60,910 bases of DNA from Pseudomonadota bacterium (GTDB lineage: Bacteria; Desulfobacterota; Binatia; UBA12015): assembly GCA_005777805.1 (NCBI GenBank), contig SXLG01000115.1:1-60910 (forward strand), read 5' to 3'. Positions within the stretch are counted from its first letter, which is position 1. Each line of letters opens with the position of its first letter. The notes under the pieces were generated by a model, which saw nothing but the letters and a program-made list of their open reading frames with translations, was not told where the DNA came from and ran no database searches. Below, one piece after another: positions 28,038 through 36,894 of the stretch. Position numbers and translations under genes: made by a program.

Positions 28038-28772
28038 TTACCCCGGGGCGCCCGGCGAGCCCGCGGCTGCGGGGTCGGCGAGCACCAGTGCCGTGGCAAA
28101 CCGCGTTGCCAAGCGAGCCGGGCAGGTGAGCGGATCACCGCTGCCGTCACAGTAGAGCTGGAGCGCGGCGGCCTTGTCCTGGCCACGGAAGACGAGCAGG
28201 CCGAAACCTGCGGCCATGAGCAGCCGCCGCGAGGCGCTGGCCCGGAGCGGCGGTGGTTTGGGCGAGTCTTCGACCAGCACGAACCCCGGCGCTTCGTCGC
28301 GCACCGAGGGATGATCCGGGAAGAGCGAAGCGACGTGACCATCCTCGCCGGCGCTCAGCACGACGAGATCAAAGCGCCCCCCCAGGGCGGCAAGCGTGTG
28401 ATTGTAGGCGGCCACGGTGCCGGCCGGGTCCGTGGGCAGCCAGGGCAGGGGATGGAGGCGCGGCAGGGGCAGGCCGGCGGCCCGCAGCGGGTCAAGGAGG
28501 TCGGGCCGGATCACCGCGAGGTTGCTCGCCGGATCGTCGGGCGCGACCAGCCGCTCATCGGCCAGCATCACATCGACCCGATCCCAGGCGATGGCCGCGC
28601 CGTCGCCCGCGGCGAGGCGGCGGTAGATGCCGCCGACGCTGCGACCGCCAACCAGTGCCACCAGCGCGCGTTCGCGCCGGGCCAGCACCTGCCGCAACAC
28701 GTCGATGAACGCCTGCGCGGCGCGCGCGTCGAGTGTCGCGGGATCGAGGATGGTCGGCGGCGCTGCGCGCAC
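28038..28772 (-). CDS. pgl: 6-phosphogluconolactonase (glucosamine/galactosamine-6-P isomerase family)
   Basis: ALVGGRS, LADER.V..DDPASN, LSAGEDGHVASLFP, SPKPPP.R, G.DKA.AL. Confidence 0.8.
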   Translation of the reverse strand: MRAAPPTILDPATLDARAAQAFIDVLRQVLARRERALVALVGGRSVGGIYRRLAAGDGAAIAWDRVDVMLADERLVAPDDPASNLAVIRPDLLDPLRAAGLPLPRLHPLPWLPTDPAGTVAAYNHTLAALGGRFDLVVLSAGEDGHVASLFPDHPSVRDEAPGFVLVEDSPKPPPLRASASRRLLMAAGFGLLVFRGQDKAAALQLYCDGSGDPLTCPARLATRFATALVLADPAAAGSPGAPG

Positions 28773-28776
28773 CCGA

Positions 28777-29196
28777 CTACCAGGTCCCGATGTTGGGCAG
28801 TGAGGCCCAGGGCTCTCGTGCCGGAAGAGCCGGGCCGTCCTGGAGCAGCTCGACGGAGATGCCCTCGGGCGAGCGCACGAAAGCCATGCGGCCGTCGCGC
28901 GGCGGGCGGTTCAGGACCACGCCGCACGCGCGCAGATGCTCACAGGTGGCGTAGATATCCTTGACGCCGTAGGCGACATGGCCAAAGTTACGGCCACCGC
29001 CGAGATCCTCGGCATCCCAGTTCCAGGTGAGCTCGATCTGGGCGCTCGCATCGCCCGGTGCGGCGAGGAAGACCAGTGTGAAGCGTGCCGCGGCGACCTC
29101 GTGGCGAGCCACTTCCTCGAGCCCGAGGCCCGCGCACCAGAAGGCGAGAGCGCGTTCGAGGTCGGCGACGCGGACCATGGTGTGGAGGTATTTCAT
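28777..29196 (-). CDS. gloA: Lactoylglutathione lyase (glyoxalase I, VOC family)
   Basis: MKYLHTMVRV.DL, FTLVFL, IELTWNW, NFGHVAY.V.DIY, PRDGRMAFVRSPEGISVEL; GGAGA SD. Confidence 0.93.
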   Translation of the reverse strand: MKYLHTMVRVADLERALAFWCAGLGLEEVARHEVAAARFTLVFLAAPGDASAQIELTWNWDAEDLGGGRNFGHVAYGVKDIYATCEHLRACGVVLNRPPRDGRMAFVRSPEGISVELLQDGPALPAREPWASLPNIGTW

Positions 29197-29364
29197 CTCG
29201 GTTCTCCGGAGCCGGACCTTGGCTTGGGTGAGCGGCCGAGGCAAGCCAGGCGAGTGCTCCGGCGCGGCGGAACCCTCTGGGCAGCCGCAGCGATGCGACG
29301 GAGCACTGCTCCCACCGTCCCCTGCCTCCCGACGATGCGGGAACACCGCGGACCCGCCGCAGGG

Positions 29365-30684
29365 TCAGCCCCCGGCGGCACCGAAGAAGAGCCGGCACGC
29401 GACCACGGCACCGGCGAAACCCGCGACGTCGGCGATCAGGCCACAGGCCAGTGCGTGGCGGACATTGCGCACCTGCGCAGCGCCGAAGTAGAGCGCCAGT
29501 ACGTAGAACGTAGTTTCGGTCGAGCCCTGGATAGTGCTGACCAGCAGACCGATGGAACTGTCGGGACCGTGGGTCTTGAGCGTCTCGGCCATGACCGCGA
29601 ACGCGCCCGAGCCCGAGAGGGGCCGCAGCAGCGCCATCGGCAGGACCTCGGCGGGAATGCCGAGCGGGCCGACGAGCGGCCGCAAGGCGCCGACGGTGGC
29701 GTCGAGCAGGCCCGAGGCGCGCAGCATCGCGATCGCGCTCAGCATCGCGACCAGATAGGGCACGATGCGAACGGCGACCTCGAGTCCCTCGCGCGCGCCC
29801 TCGATGAAGACTTGATAGACACGCACCCGCCCGCGCAAGCCGACCAGCAGCAGGCCCGCCACGACCGCCGGGATGAGCACATGCTGGGCGCTCGCAGCGG
29901 GCGAGGTGAGCGCCCGCCACAACGCGACCAACACGGCAGCGGGCACCACGAACGTCGCCACGCCGACGAGCCCGCGCGAGAGTCCTGTCGCCGCAGGGAT
30001 CTGGGTAGAAGCATCGCTCGACGCGGCCGCGCCTGCCGGATCGAGGGCGGGCGGGGCCGCCTCGCGTGCCACACTCACGCCCACCCGGGCGTCCGCGTGG
30101 CGAAAGCGCGGCCGGGACCGCAGCGCGTAGTGTGCGGCCACGGCGGCGAGCGTCGAGCAGGTGGTCGCGATCAGCGTCGGCCCCCAGATCGCCGCCGGGG
30201 CCGTCGATCCCGCAGCGGCCCGGACCGCGATCGTGCCGAGGGGTGGCAGCAAGGTGACCGCCGAGGCGTTGATCGCGACGAAGAGGACCATGGCATCGGT
30301 CGCGACTCCGGGCGTGATCGAGAGGTGCCGCAACTCCTCCATCGCCTTGAGCCCGAAGGGCGTGGCGGCGTTGCCGAGCCCGGCGACGTTGGAGGCGAGA
30401 TTCATGACCATCGCCGACATCGCCGGGTGGTCGGCGGGCACTTCGGGGAAGAGCCGGCGCAGGAGCGGGGCGATGGCGCGCGCGATGGCCTCGCGCAGGC
30501 CGCCGTCGAAGGCGATCTTCATCAAGCCCAGGAAAAAGGCCATCGCTCCGCCGAGCCCGATCGCCAGATCGACCGCGGCGCGGGCGCCGACGAAGATTGC
30601 GTCGCCGAGTGCCTCGGTGCGGCCTGTGAGGCACGCCCACACGGTGGCGACGAGCACCAGCGAGGCCCAGATCATGTCCAGCAC
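29365..30684 (-). CDS. Fused SpmA/SpmB nucleoside-recognition (Gate) membrane protein
   Basis: MNLASNVAGLGNAATPFGLKAM..L, FVAINAS (SpmA half); VYQVFIEGAREG, YLVAML, LRPLSGSG, QGSTETTFYVLALYFG (SpmB half). Start GTG 30684 or ATG 30675. Confidence 0.88.
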   Translation of the reverse strand: MLDMIWASLVLVATVWACLTGRTEALGDAIFVGARAAVDLAIGLGGAMAFFLGLMKIAFDGGLREAIARAIAPLLRRLFPEVPADHPAMSAMVMNLASNVAGLGNAATPFGLKAMEELRHLSITPGVATDAMVLFVAINASAVTLLPPLGTIAVRAAAGSTAPAAIWGPTLIATTCSTLAAVAAHYALRSRPRFRHADARVGVSVAREAAPPALDPAGAAASSDASTQIPAATGLSRGLVGVATFVVPAAVLVALWRALTSPAASAQHVLIPAVVAGLLLVGLRGRVRVYQVFIEGAREGLEVAVRIVPYLVAMLSAIAMLRASGLLDATVGALRPLVGPLGIPAEVLPMALLRPLSGSGAFAVMAETLKTHGPDSSIGLLVSTIQGSTETTFYVLALYFGAAQVRNVRHALACGLIADVAGFAGAVVACRLFFGAAGG

Positions 30685-30882
30685 CCCGCCGTCGTGGCGG
30701 CTCGCCCGGGCTCGTGTCAAACGGCGCACCGAGGCCTCGCCCCGGGCCACAGCCGGGCTGCATCGCCCGCGGTGTTTTGCGCTCCGCGCCAGCGGACCCT
30801 CGCTCTCTCCATCTCGGCCGGCACCGAGCCTTGTCGTCACCCTTGCCTTGCGATGCGGAGCCGGGGACGGGAGGATGGGCCG

Positions 30883-31989
30883 GTGCGACTGGGGACGGGT
30901 GCAGGCCAGGGGCTCGTGTTGCTCGCAGCACTCGCGGCGGCTTGCGCTGACTCGAGTGCTCCCGCCGAGCGCACGACTGTCGCCGTGCCGGTCGAACTGG
31001 CGATCGTCGCGGCCGAGGACGTGCCCGTCGTGGTGCGCGCGATCGGCACGCTCGAGGCGACGCGCGCCGTCGAGCTGCGTGCCGAACGTTCGGGCCGGGT
31101 GGTCGAGTTGCACGCCGGCGAAGGCGGCGCCCTCAGCGCGAACACCGTGCTGGCCCGGCTGGATGACGCCGAGCCGCGTGCCGCGCTGGCACTGGCCGAG
31201 GCCGCGCTGGCCGAATCCGCGGCGCGTTCCGCCAGTGCGGCCAACACCCACCGCCGCACCAGCGCGCTACAGCGCCAGGGCGTCGCTTCGTCCGAGAGTC
31301 TCGACGAGGCCCGGCTCGCCCTCGACGCGGCGCGGGCCGGCGAGGAGTCCTCGCGCGCCCGGCTCGCCATGGCGCGTCTCGAGGTCGAGCACTCGGTTGT
31401 GCTTGCTCCTTTCGACGGTGTGCTCGGCCGCTGGCGGATCGACGATGGTGCCTTTGTGCAGCGCGGCGAGGTTCTCGGGCGCATCGTTGCCGACGATCCG
31501 CTCGAGCTGGTCTTCACCGTGCCTGACCGCTGGTCGAGCCGCGTCCACCCCGGTGCCGACGTGCGTGGCGATGTCACGGGAGAGCACGACGCGCCTTTCA
31601 CCGGCAAGGTACGGCTGGTCGAGCCCACCGTCGACCCCGAGAGCCGCACGGTGAAGGTCGAGGCCAGAGTTCCGAATAGCGGCCGCCGCCTGCGCCCCGG
31701 CCAGCTCGCGACCGTCCGTCTGGTCCTTGAAACCCATGGTGGCGCTGCCGTCGTGCCCGAAGAAGCGATTGTCGCGGTGGGTGAAGACCGCTTCGTATTC
31801 GCCGTCGAGAAAGGGCAAGCGCGGGCGATCGAGGTCGCGCTCGGGGTCCGCTTGCCGGGGCGCGTCGAGGTGACGGGCGCCATCCGGCCCGGCGCCACGA
31901 TCGTGCGGACCGGCCACCAGCAACTCTCTCCGGCAGCACCGATGCCGGTGCGCGAGGTCCGCCTCGCTGACGATCGCCCCGCGGGCTGA
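30883..31989 (+). CDS. RND efflux periplasmic adaptor (MFP) subunit, probable lipoprotein
   Basis: Lipobox LAAAC, GTLEA...VELRAE.SGRV, LAPFDG, VDPESRTVKVEA..PN...LRPGQ, VPEEAI. GGAGG SD before GTG 30883. Confidence 0.9.
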   Translation: MRLGTGAGQGLVLLAALAAACADSSAPAERTTVAVPVELAIVAAEDVPVVVRAIGTLEATRAVELRAERSGRVVELHAGEGGALSANTVLARLDDAEPRAALALAEAALAESAARSASAANTHRRTSALQRQGVASSESLDEARLALDAARAGEESSRARLAMARLEVEHSVVLAPFDGVLGRWRIDDGAFVQRGEVLGRIVADDPLELVFTVPDRWSSRVHPGADVRGDVTGEHDAPFTGKVRLVEPTVDPESRTVKVEARVPNSGRRLRPGQLATVRLVLETHGGAAVVPEEAIVAVGEDRFVFAVEKGQARAIEVALGVRLPGRVEVTGAIRPGATIVRTGHQQLSPAAPMPVREVRLADDRPAG

Positions 31990-31993
31990 CCCC

Positions 31994-34900
31994 ATGCCGC
32001 TCTGGGAGCTCTCGGTTCGCCGTCCGGTCCTTGCCACCGTGCTCTCGCTGGCGATTGTCGTCCTTGGCGCCATCGGCTGGAGCCGGCTCAGCGTCCGCGA
32101 GCTGCCCGACGTCGAGGTCCCGACCGTGAGCGTGCTCACGGTGCTGCCGGGTGGCAGCCCCGAGGTCGTCGAGAAAGAGGTCACCGAGATCCTCGAGGAG
32201 GCTGTCAATACAGTCGAAGGCATCCGGGTGCTGTCCTCGTCTAGCGCCGACGAAGTGAGCCAGATCACGATCGAGTTCGAGCTGGACCGCAGCATCGACG
32301 CGGCTGTGCAGGACGTCCGCGATCACGTCGCCGGCGTGCGCGGCGAGCTACCCGAAGAGGTCGAGGAGCCGGTCGTCAGCAAGAACGATCTCGACGATCA
32401 GGCGATTTTGTGGATGTCCCTCAACTCCGAGCGCGCGAGTCTGCGCGAACTCACCGATTACGCCGAGAACGCACTCAAGGAACGCTTGCAACGCCTGCCC
32501 GGCGTGGGGCGTGTGCTGATCGGCGGGCGCAAGCGCTTTGCTGTGCGGGTGCGGGTCGATGCCGACCGCCTGGCCGGGCATGGACTCGCCATCTCCGACG
32601 TGGTCCGCGCGCTCGATAGGGAAAACGTCGAAGTCCCTGCCGGGCGCATCGAGGGCCCCGAGCGCGAATTCGTGGTGCAGACCGAGGCCGCACTGGGATC
32701 GCTCGATGAGTTCCGCCACCTGCGCGTCGCCGACCGCGGGGGCACGAAGATCGAACTCGGCGAGGTCGCGACGATCGAGGCCGGCGACGAGGGCGAGCGT
32801 AATCTGGCGCGCTTCAACCTCCGGCCGCATGTCTCGGTCGGCATTGTCAAGCAATCGCGAGCCAACACCGTCACGGTGGCGCACGATGTGCGCGCCGAGA
32901 TCACGCGCGCTCAGGCCGAGCTGCCCCCGGACCAACGTCTGGAGCTGAGCTTCGACGCCGCCACCTTCGTCGAGGAGTCGATCTCCGAGGTCGAGGAGGC
33001 CTTGCTGCTCGCCTGCGTGCTGGTCGTGCTGGTGATCTGGCTCTTCCTGCACGACATCCAATCGGCGGTGATCCCGGCGCTGGCGATCCCGACGTCGGTG
33101 CTGGCGACCTTCGCGGTCATGGATCTGTTCGGCTTCACGATCAATACCCTGACGCTGCTCGGGCTGGCTCTTTCGATCGGGGTCGTGGTCGACGACGCGA
33201 TCATCGTGCTGGAGAACGCCCACCGTCACGTGCAGCGTGGGGATACTCCGGTGCGAGCGGCGATCGACGGTACCGGGGAGATCGCGTTTGCCGCGATGGC
33301 GGCGACCCTCACGCTGGTGGTGGTCTTCCTGCCCATGGCTTTCGTGAGTGGCGTGATCGGGCGCTTCTTCGTCGAGTTTGGGGTGACCGTCATGGCGGCG
33401 GTGCTGGCCTCGCTCTTCGTCGCGCTGACGCTCACGCCGATGCTCTGCTCGCGTCTCTTGCGGCGCGAGGTGGGCGCTGGCTGGTTCGCGCAGGGCTTCG
33501 AGCGTGAACTCGCCAGGTTGACCGAGGGCTATCGGCGCACCCTCGGGCGGGCGCTCGATCGCCCGCGTGCGACCGTCCTCGGCGCGTTCGCGGTGCTGGC
33601 CGCCACGGTTGGACTGGCGTTGATTCTCGGGCAGGAGTTCGTGCCGGCCGAGGACCGCGGCGGTTTCATGGTGGCGCTCGAGACCCCCGAGGGCTCGACG
33701 CTCGAGCACCACGACCGCTTGCAGTGGCAGGTCGAAAAGGTGCTTTCGGAGTTCCCCGAGGTGCGGGCCGCGACGGCGTTCATCGGTCTCTCGGCGGCCG
33801 GGCGGGGGGCGGTAAATCGTGGTTTGATCTTCGTCCGCTTGATCGATCGACGCACGCGCGAGCGCTCCCAGGACGAGGTGCTGGCCGACTTCCGTGTGCG
33901 AGCGGCGGCCCTTCCCGGCATTCGCGCCTTTGCCACACCTTTCTCGGGGCTACCCACCGGCGGCCGCGGCAAGCCGTTGCAGTTCGTGGTCCAGAGTCCG
34001 GATTTCGGGGCGCTACGGGAGGGCTCGGGGCGCTTGCTCGAGGCGATGGGGCAAGTGCCCGGTCTGGTCGGGACCGACACGGATCTGCGGATCAACAAGC
34101 CTGAGGTGGCGGTTTCCATCGACCGCGATCGGGCCGCAGCACTCGGTGTCGAAGCGGGCGAGATCGGCGACGCGCTGCGCGCGATGCTCGGCGGGCTGCC
34201 GGCGACCCGCTATCGCCGCGGCAACCAGCGCTACGACGTCATCGTGCAGTTGGAGGGCCGGGACCGTGAGTTGCCCGAGCAGATCCTCGGTCTCCAGGTC
34301 CGGGGCGCGGATGGAGATCTGGTGCCGCTCGGAAACCTGATCCAGATTCGCGAGGAACTCGGTCCGAGCGTGGTGAAGCACCACAACCGCAGGCGCTCGG
34401 TGGTCCTCGATGCGAATCTGGTCGGACGGCCGCTGGGCGACGCTCTCGATGATGTCCGGCGGCTCGCGCGGGAGATCCTGCCGGCCGGCTTCACCACCGA
34501 CGTGGCCGGCGAATCGCGCGAGTTCGAGGCGGCTTTCGTCAGTCTCGGCATCACCTTCCTGCTCGCCGTGGTTGCGGTCTACCTGGTGTTGGCGGCGCAG
34601 TTCGAGAGCTTCATCGATCCGCTGACTGTGCTGTTGGCTCTCCCGCTGGCGGTGTTCGGGGCTTTTCTATGCCTGGCGGTGCTGGGTCTGACACTCAACG
34701 TCTACAGCTTCGTCGGTTGCATCATGCTGGTTGGGCTCGTGACCAAGAACTCGATCTTGCTGGTGGACCGCGCCAACCGCTTGACCGACGTCGGAGTCGA
34801 GACCCGCGAAGCCCTGCTCGACGCGGGCGTGACCCGGCTCCGGCCGATCCTGATGACCACGCTCTCGACCGTGCTCGGTATCCTTCCGATCGCGCTCGGC

Positions 34901-35068
34901 CTCGGTGCGGGCGCCGAGAGCCGCCGACCCCTGGGCGTGGTGCTCGCCGCCGGCGTCACCACCTCGATGGTGCTCACGCTCTACGTCGTGCCGGTCTTCC
35001 ACCTGCTGCTGCGCCCATGGCATGAGCGCAAGACGGAGATGCCGCAGGCACCACACCCCGATGCTTGA
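31994..35068 (+). CDS. RND efflux permease (AcrB/AcrD/AcrF family)
   Basis: VRRPVLA, IGVVVDDAIIVLEN, LTLTPMLCS, LAAQFESF..P, GLVTKNSILLVD, RLRPILMTT; 1024 aa. Confidence 0.96.
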   Translation: MPLWELSVRRPVLATVLSLAIVVLGAIGWSRLSVRELPDVEVPTVSVLTVLPGGSPEVVEKEVTEILEEAVNTVEGIRVLSSSSADEVSQITIEFELDRSIDAAVQDVRDHVAGVRGELPEEVEEPVVSKNDLDDQAILWMSLNSERASLRELTDYAENALKERLQRLPGVGRVLIGGRKRFAVRVRVDADRLAGHGLAISDVVRALDRENVEVPAGRIEGPEREFVVQTEAALGSLDEFRHLRVADRGGTKIELGEVATIEAGDEGERNLARFNLRPHVSVGIVKQSRANTVTVAHDVRAEITRAQAELPPDQRLELSFDAATFVEESISEVEEALLLACVLVVLVIWLFLHDIQSAVIPALAIPTSVLATFAVMDLFGFTINTLTLLGLALSIGVVVDDAIIVLENAHRHVQRGDTPVRAAIDGTGEIAFAAMAATLTLVVVFLPMAFVSGVIGRFFVEFGVTVMAAVLASLFVALTLTPMLCSRLLRREVGAGWFAQGFERELARLTEGYRRTLGRALDRPRATVLGAFAVLAATVGLALILGQEFVPAEDRGGFMVALETPEGSTLEHHDRLQWQVEKVLSEFPEVRAATAFIGLSAAGRGAVNRGLIFVRLIDRRTRERSQDEVLADFRVRAAALPGIRAFATPFSGLPTGGRGKPLQFVVQSPDFGALREGSGRLLEAMGQVPGLVGTDTDLRINKPEVAVSIDRDRAAALGVEAGEIGDALRAMLGGLPATRYRRGNQRYDVIVQLEGRDRELPEQILGLQVRGADGDLVPLGNLIQIREELGPSVVKHHNRRRSVVLDANLVGRPLGDALDDVRRLAREILPAGFTTDVAGESREFEAAFVSLGITFLLAVVAVYLVLAAQFESFIDPLTVLLALPLAVFGAFLCLAVLGLTLNVYSFVGCIMLVGLVTKNSILLVDRANRLTDVGVETREALLDAGVTRLRPILMTTLSTVLGILPIALGLGAGAESRRPLGVVLAAGVTTSMVLTLYVVPVFHLLLRPWHERKTEMPQAPHPDA

Positions 35069-35093
35069 AGGAGGGCCAGCGGCCGGCCCTCCT
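35069..35093. terminator. Perfect 9-bp hairpin immediately after the RND stop
   Basis: AGGAGGGCC-N7-GGCCCTCCT between convergent genes. Confidence 0.45.
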
Positions 35094-35201
35094 GGGGGCC
35101 CAACCAAAGGCGCAGGGGCTGCGGCTCGCTGTTTGGGCCGCCGGACACCTGGAGCGCCCCGGCATGTCACGTCCGTCAGACGACGGGCTGACACTTGCGA
35201 A

Positions 35202-36074
35202 TCAATACTGTTGGAACAAGCTTCCGGCCTGCCAATCGAAGTCGCCGGGGGCAGTTCGTCCAGAACCGCCGCTCACTGAAGCATACTCACCACTAGCCTG
35301 GTTCTGGTGGCCCCCACTCACGGACGAGCCATGGTTGCTTGCGACGTTTTTCGAGCCGCCGCACACCGACGAAGTGTCTCCACTGGCGATGTTAAAGGAG
35401 CCGCCACTCACCGAGGCGACGTTCTTGCTCGCGGAATTTTGGCTGCCTCCGCTCACTGACGAAGCGATTCCACTTGCCACGTTTGCTCCGCCACCGCTGA
35501 CCGACGAATACATCCCGGTTGCCGAGTTATATCCTCCTCCGGTTACGGCGGAGAAGGCGCTCGTCGCCTGGTTGGACCATCCGCCCGCGATGTAGGACGC
35601 GCCCCCGGACGCGACGTTGTACTGACCGCCGGTCACCGAGGCGTAGATCTCCTTCGCCTGGTTGTACCGGCCGCCGACCACGGACGAGAACCAGCCGCTC
35701 GCGATGTTGTTGTCCCCGGCAAGTGCGGTCGCATAGTGCCCGGAGACCTCGTTGGTCGTCCCCGCCACGATACTGCCGAAGGAAGTGTAGTTGTTCTTGG
35801 TTCCGAGCACGAGGTTGTGCGAGCCGGTGCGCTGGTCCTGGCCGCCACCGCGCACCTCGTTGTAGCCGAGGATCAAGTTGCCGAGGCCATTGGAGGAGCC
35901 CTCGGTGTCCCCGGTGCCGTCCTTGATGATGACGTTGCAGCCCGTAAAAACGGCATTGTCGCCCTGGATCGTGAACGTACAGGCGGCATGTCCCGCGAGC
36001 GGCCTCAGGGCAAGCCAGCAGGCTGCGTGGAGGAAGGCGAGCATGGCCTTCGATCTGTTTCTGAGGCGGTTCAT
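35202..36074 (-). CDS. Exported Ser/Gly-rich protein with 15-aa tandem repeats (predicted beta-solenoid)
   Basis: Signal-peptide-like N-terminus (start 36074 or 36044), NGLGNLILGYNE/GSHNLVLG cap, 11 repeats N-x-A-S-G-x-x-S-S-V-S-G-G-x-x, ending DFDWQAGSLFQQY. Confidence 0.85.
   Translation of the reverse strand: MNRLRNRSKAMLAFLHAACWLALRPLAGHAACTFTIQGDNAVFTGCNVIIKDGTGDTEGSSNGLGNLILGYNEVRGGGQDQRTGSHNLVLGTKNNYTSFGSIVAGTTNEVSGHYATALAGDNNIASGWFSSVVGGRYNQAKEIYASVTGGQYNVASGGASYIAGGWSNQATSAFSAVTGGGYNSATGMYSSVSGGGANVASGIASSVSGGSQNSASKNVASVSGGSFNIASGDTSSVCGGSKNVASNHGSSVSGGHQNQASGEYASVSGGSGRTAPGDFDWQAGSLFQQY
35259..35753 (-). repeat. 11 x 45-bp coding tandem repeat (15 aa)
   Basis: Units from NEVSGHYATALAGDN and NIASGWFSSVVGGRY through NQASGEYASVSGGSG, counted by hand. 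Confidence 0.85.
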
Positions 36075-36226
36075 TGGGCTGATTCCCTTTCCAGGCTCCT
36101 CGGAGAAGAAGAGCGTTCATGATCTCGAAGAGTTGGCCGACCAATCTCGGCGGGGGCACGGTGCCATCGTTTGACGTGGAAGGAAAGTCTTCCAGAGCGA
36201 CCTCGTGGTTCCACGGGGAATGTCGC

Positions 36227-36660
36227 GAGGGCTGTTGATTTGACTAGTTGAGGAAGTGGCGGTTCCCTCCGCTGTCCCCCGAAGGGACGGTGTTCGACAA
36301 ACCAGAGACGAAAGGAACCGCCATGAAGGAATCTGCCAGAGGCTCTGCCTCTCTTCGAGCCCCGGTCGTCTCCGTCCAGATCCCGCTGCCCATCGTCGAG
36401 GCCCTGCGGACCGCACAGGGCGATCTGTTCGCACTCTTCGTCGACACGGCTCGTGCGGTGCTTCGGGCGATGATGGAGGAGGACCGCGTCGGCTTGTGTG
36501 GCCTGAAGGGCAAGCGGCTGCCCGAGCGCGCTGCGATACGCTCGGGCAGCGCGCCGAGCGAGGTGCCGCTCGGTGGCCAGAGGATCGCGATGCGCCGACT
36601 GCGGGCGGTGGCGAGCTCGTGCTGCCGAGCTTCGCCTTCGCGGCCGAACGTGCCCCGTTC
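36227..36660 (+). mobile_element. Degenerate IS256-family-like insertion sequence remnant (left end and 5' transposase fragment)
   Basis: ATG 36323 MKES...VLRAMMEEDRVGLCG.KG...AIRSGSAPSEV.LGGQRIAMRRLRA continues after a frameshift near 36605 as GELVLPSFAFAAE, which I recognise as an IS256-type N-terminus. No DDE core and no right end. Left boundary approximate. Confidence 0.6.
36323..36660 (+). pseudogene. Frameshifted, truncated transposase fragment
   Basis: Two frames are needed to read the transposase-like N-terminus, and similarity is lost after ~110 codons. Confidence 0.6.
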
Positions 36661-36894
36661 CACCGCCACTTCAACGACCCCAGGATCAACAGCAATCGGA
36701 ACATCCCCTGGTTCCTCGTCGGCGGACCAGCGGAGGCGGCGGGAAAACGCGAGGCGCTCCAAGGTCCACTTCTGATCTGGCCTCCCGAGCACTCTTTGCG
36801 CGCGAGGCACGGCCCTGCCAAAGGACCGGCCGCTCATGCGCTGGGGCGGAATCGCTCGAGCAGGACGCTTCAGGAAGGGGTGAGGGAGAAGAGG

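Noticed and set aside
28936-30882. Apparent 650-aa N-terminal extension of the RND adaptor (ORF 28936..31989)
   Set aside because: It is the antisense of gloA and spmAB. The true start has an SD and a lipobox at 30883.
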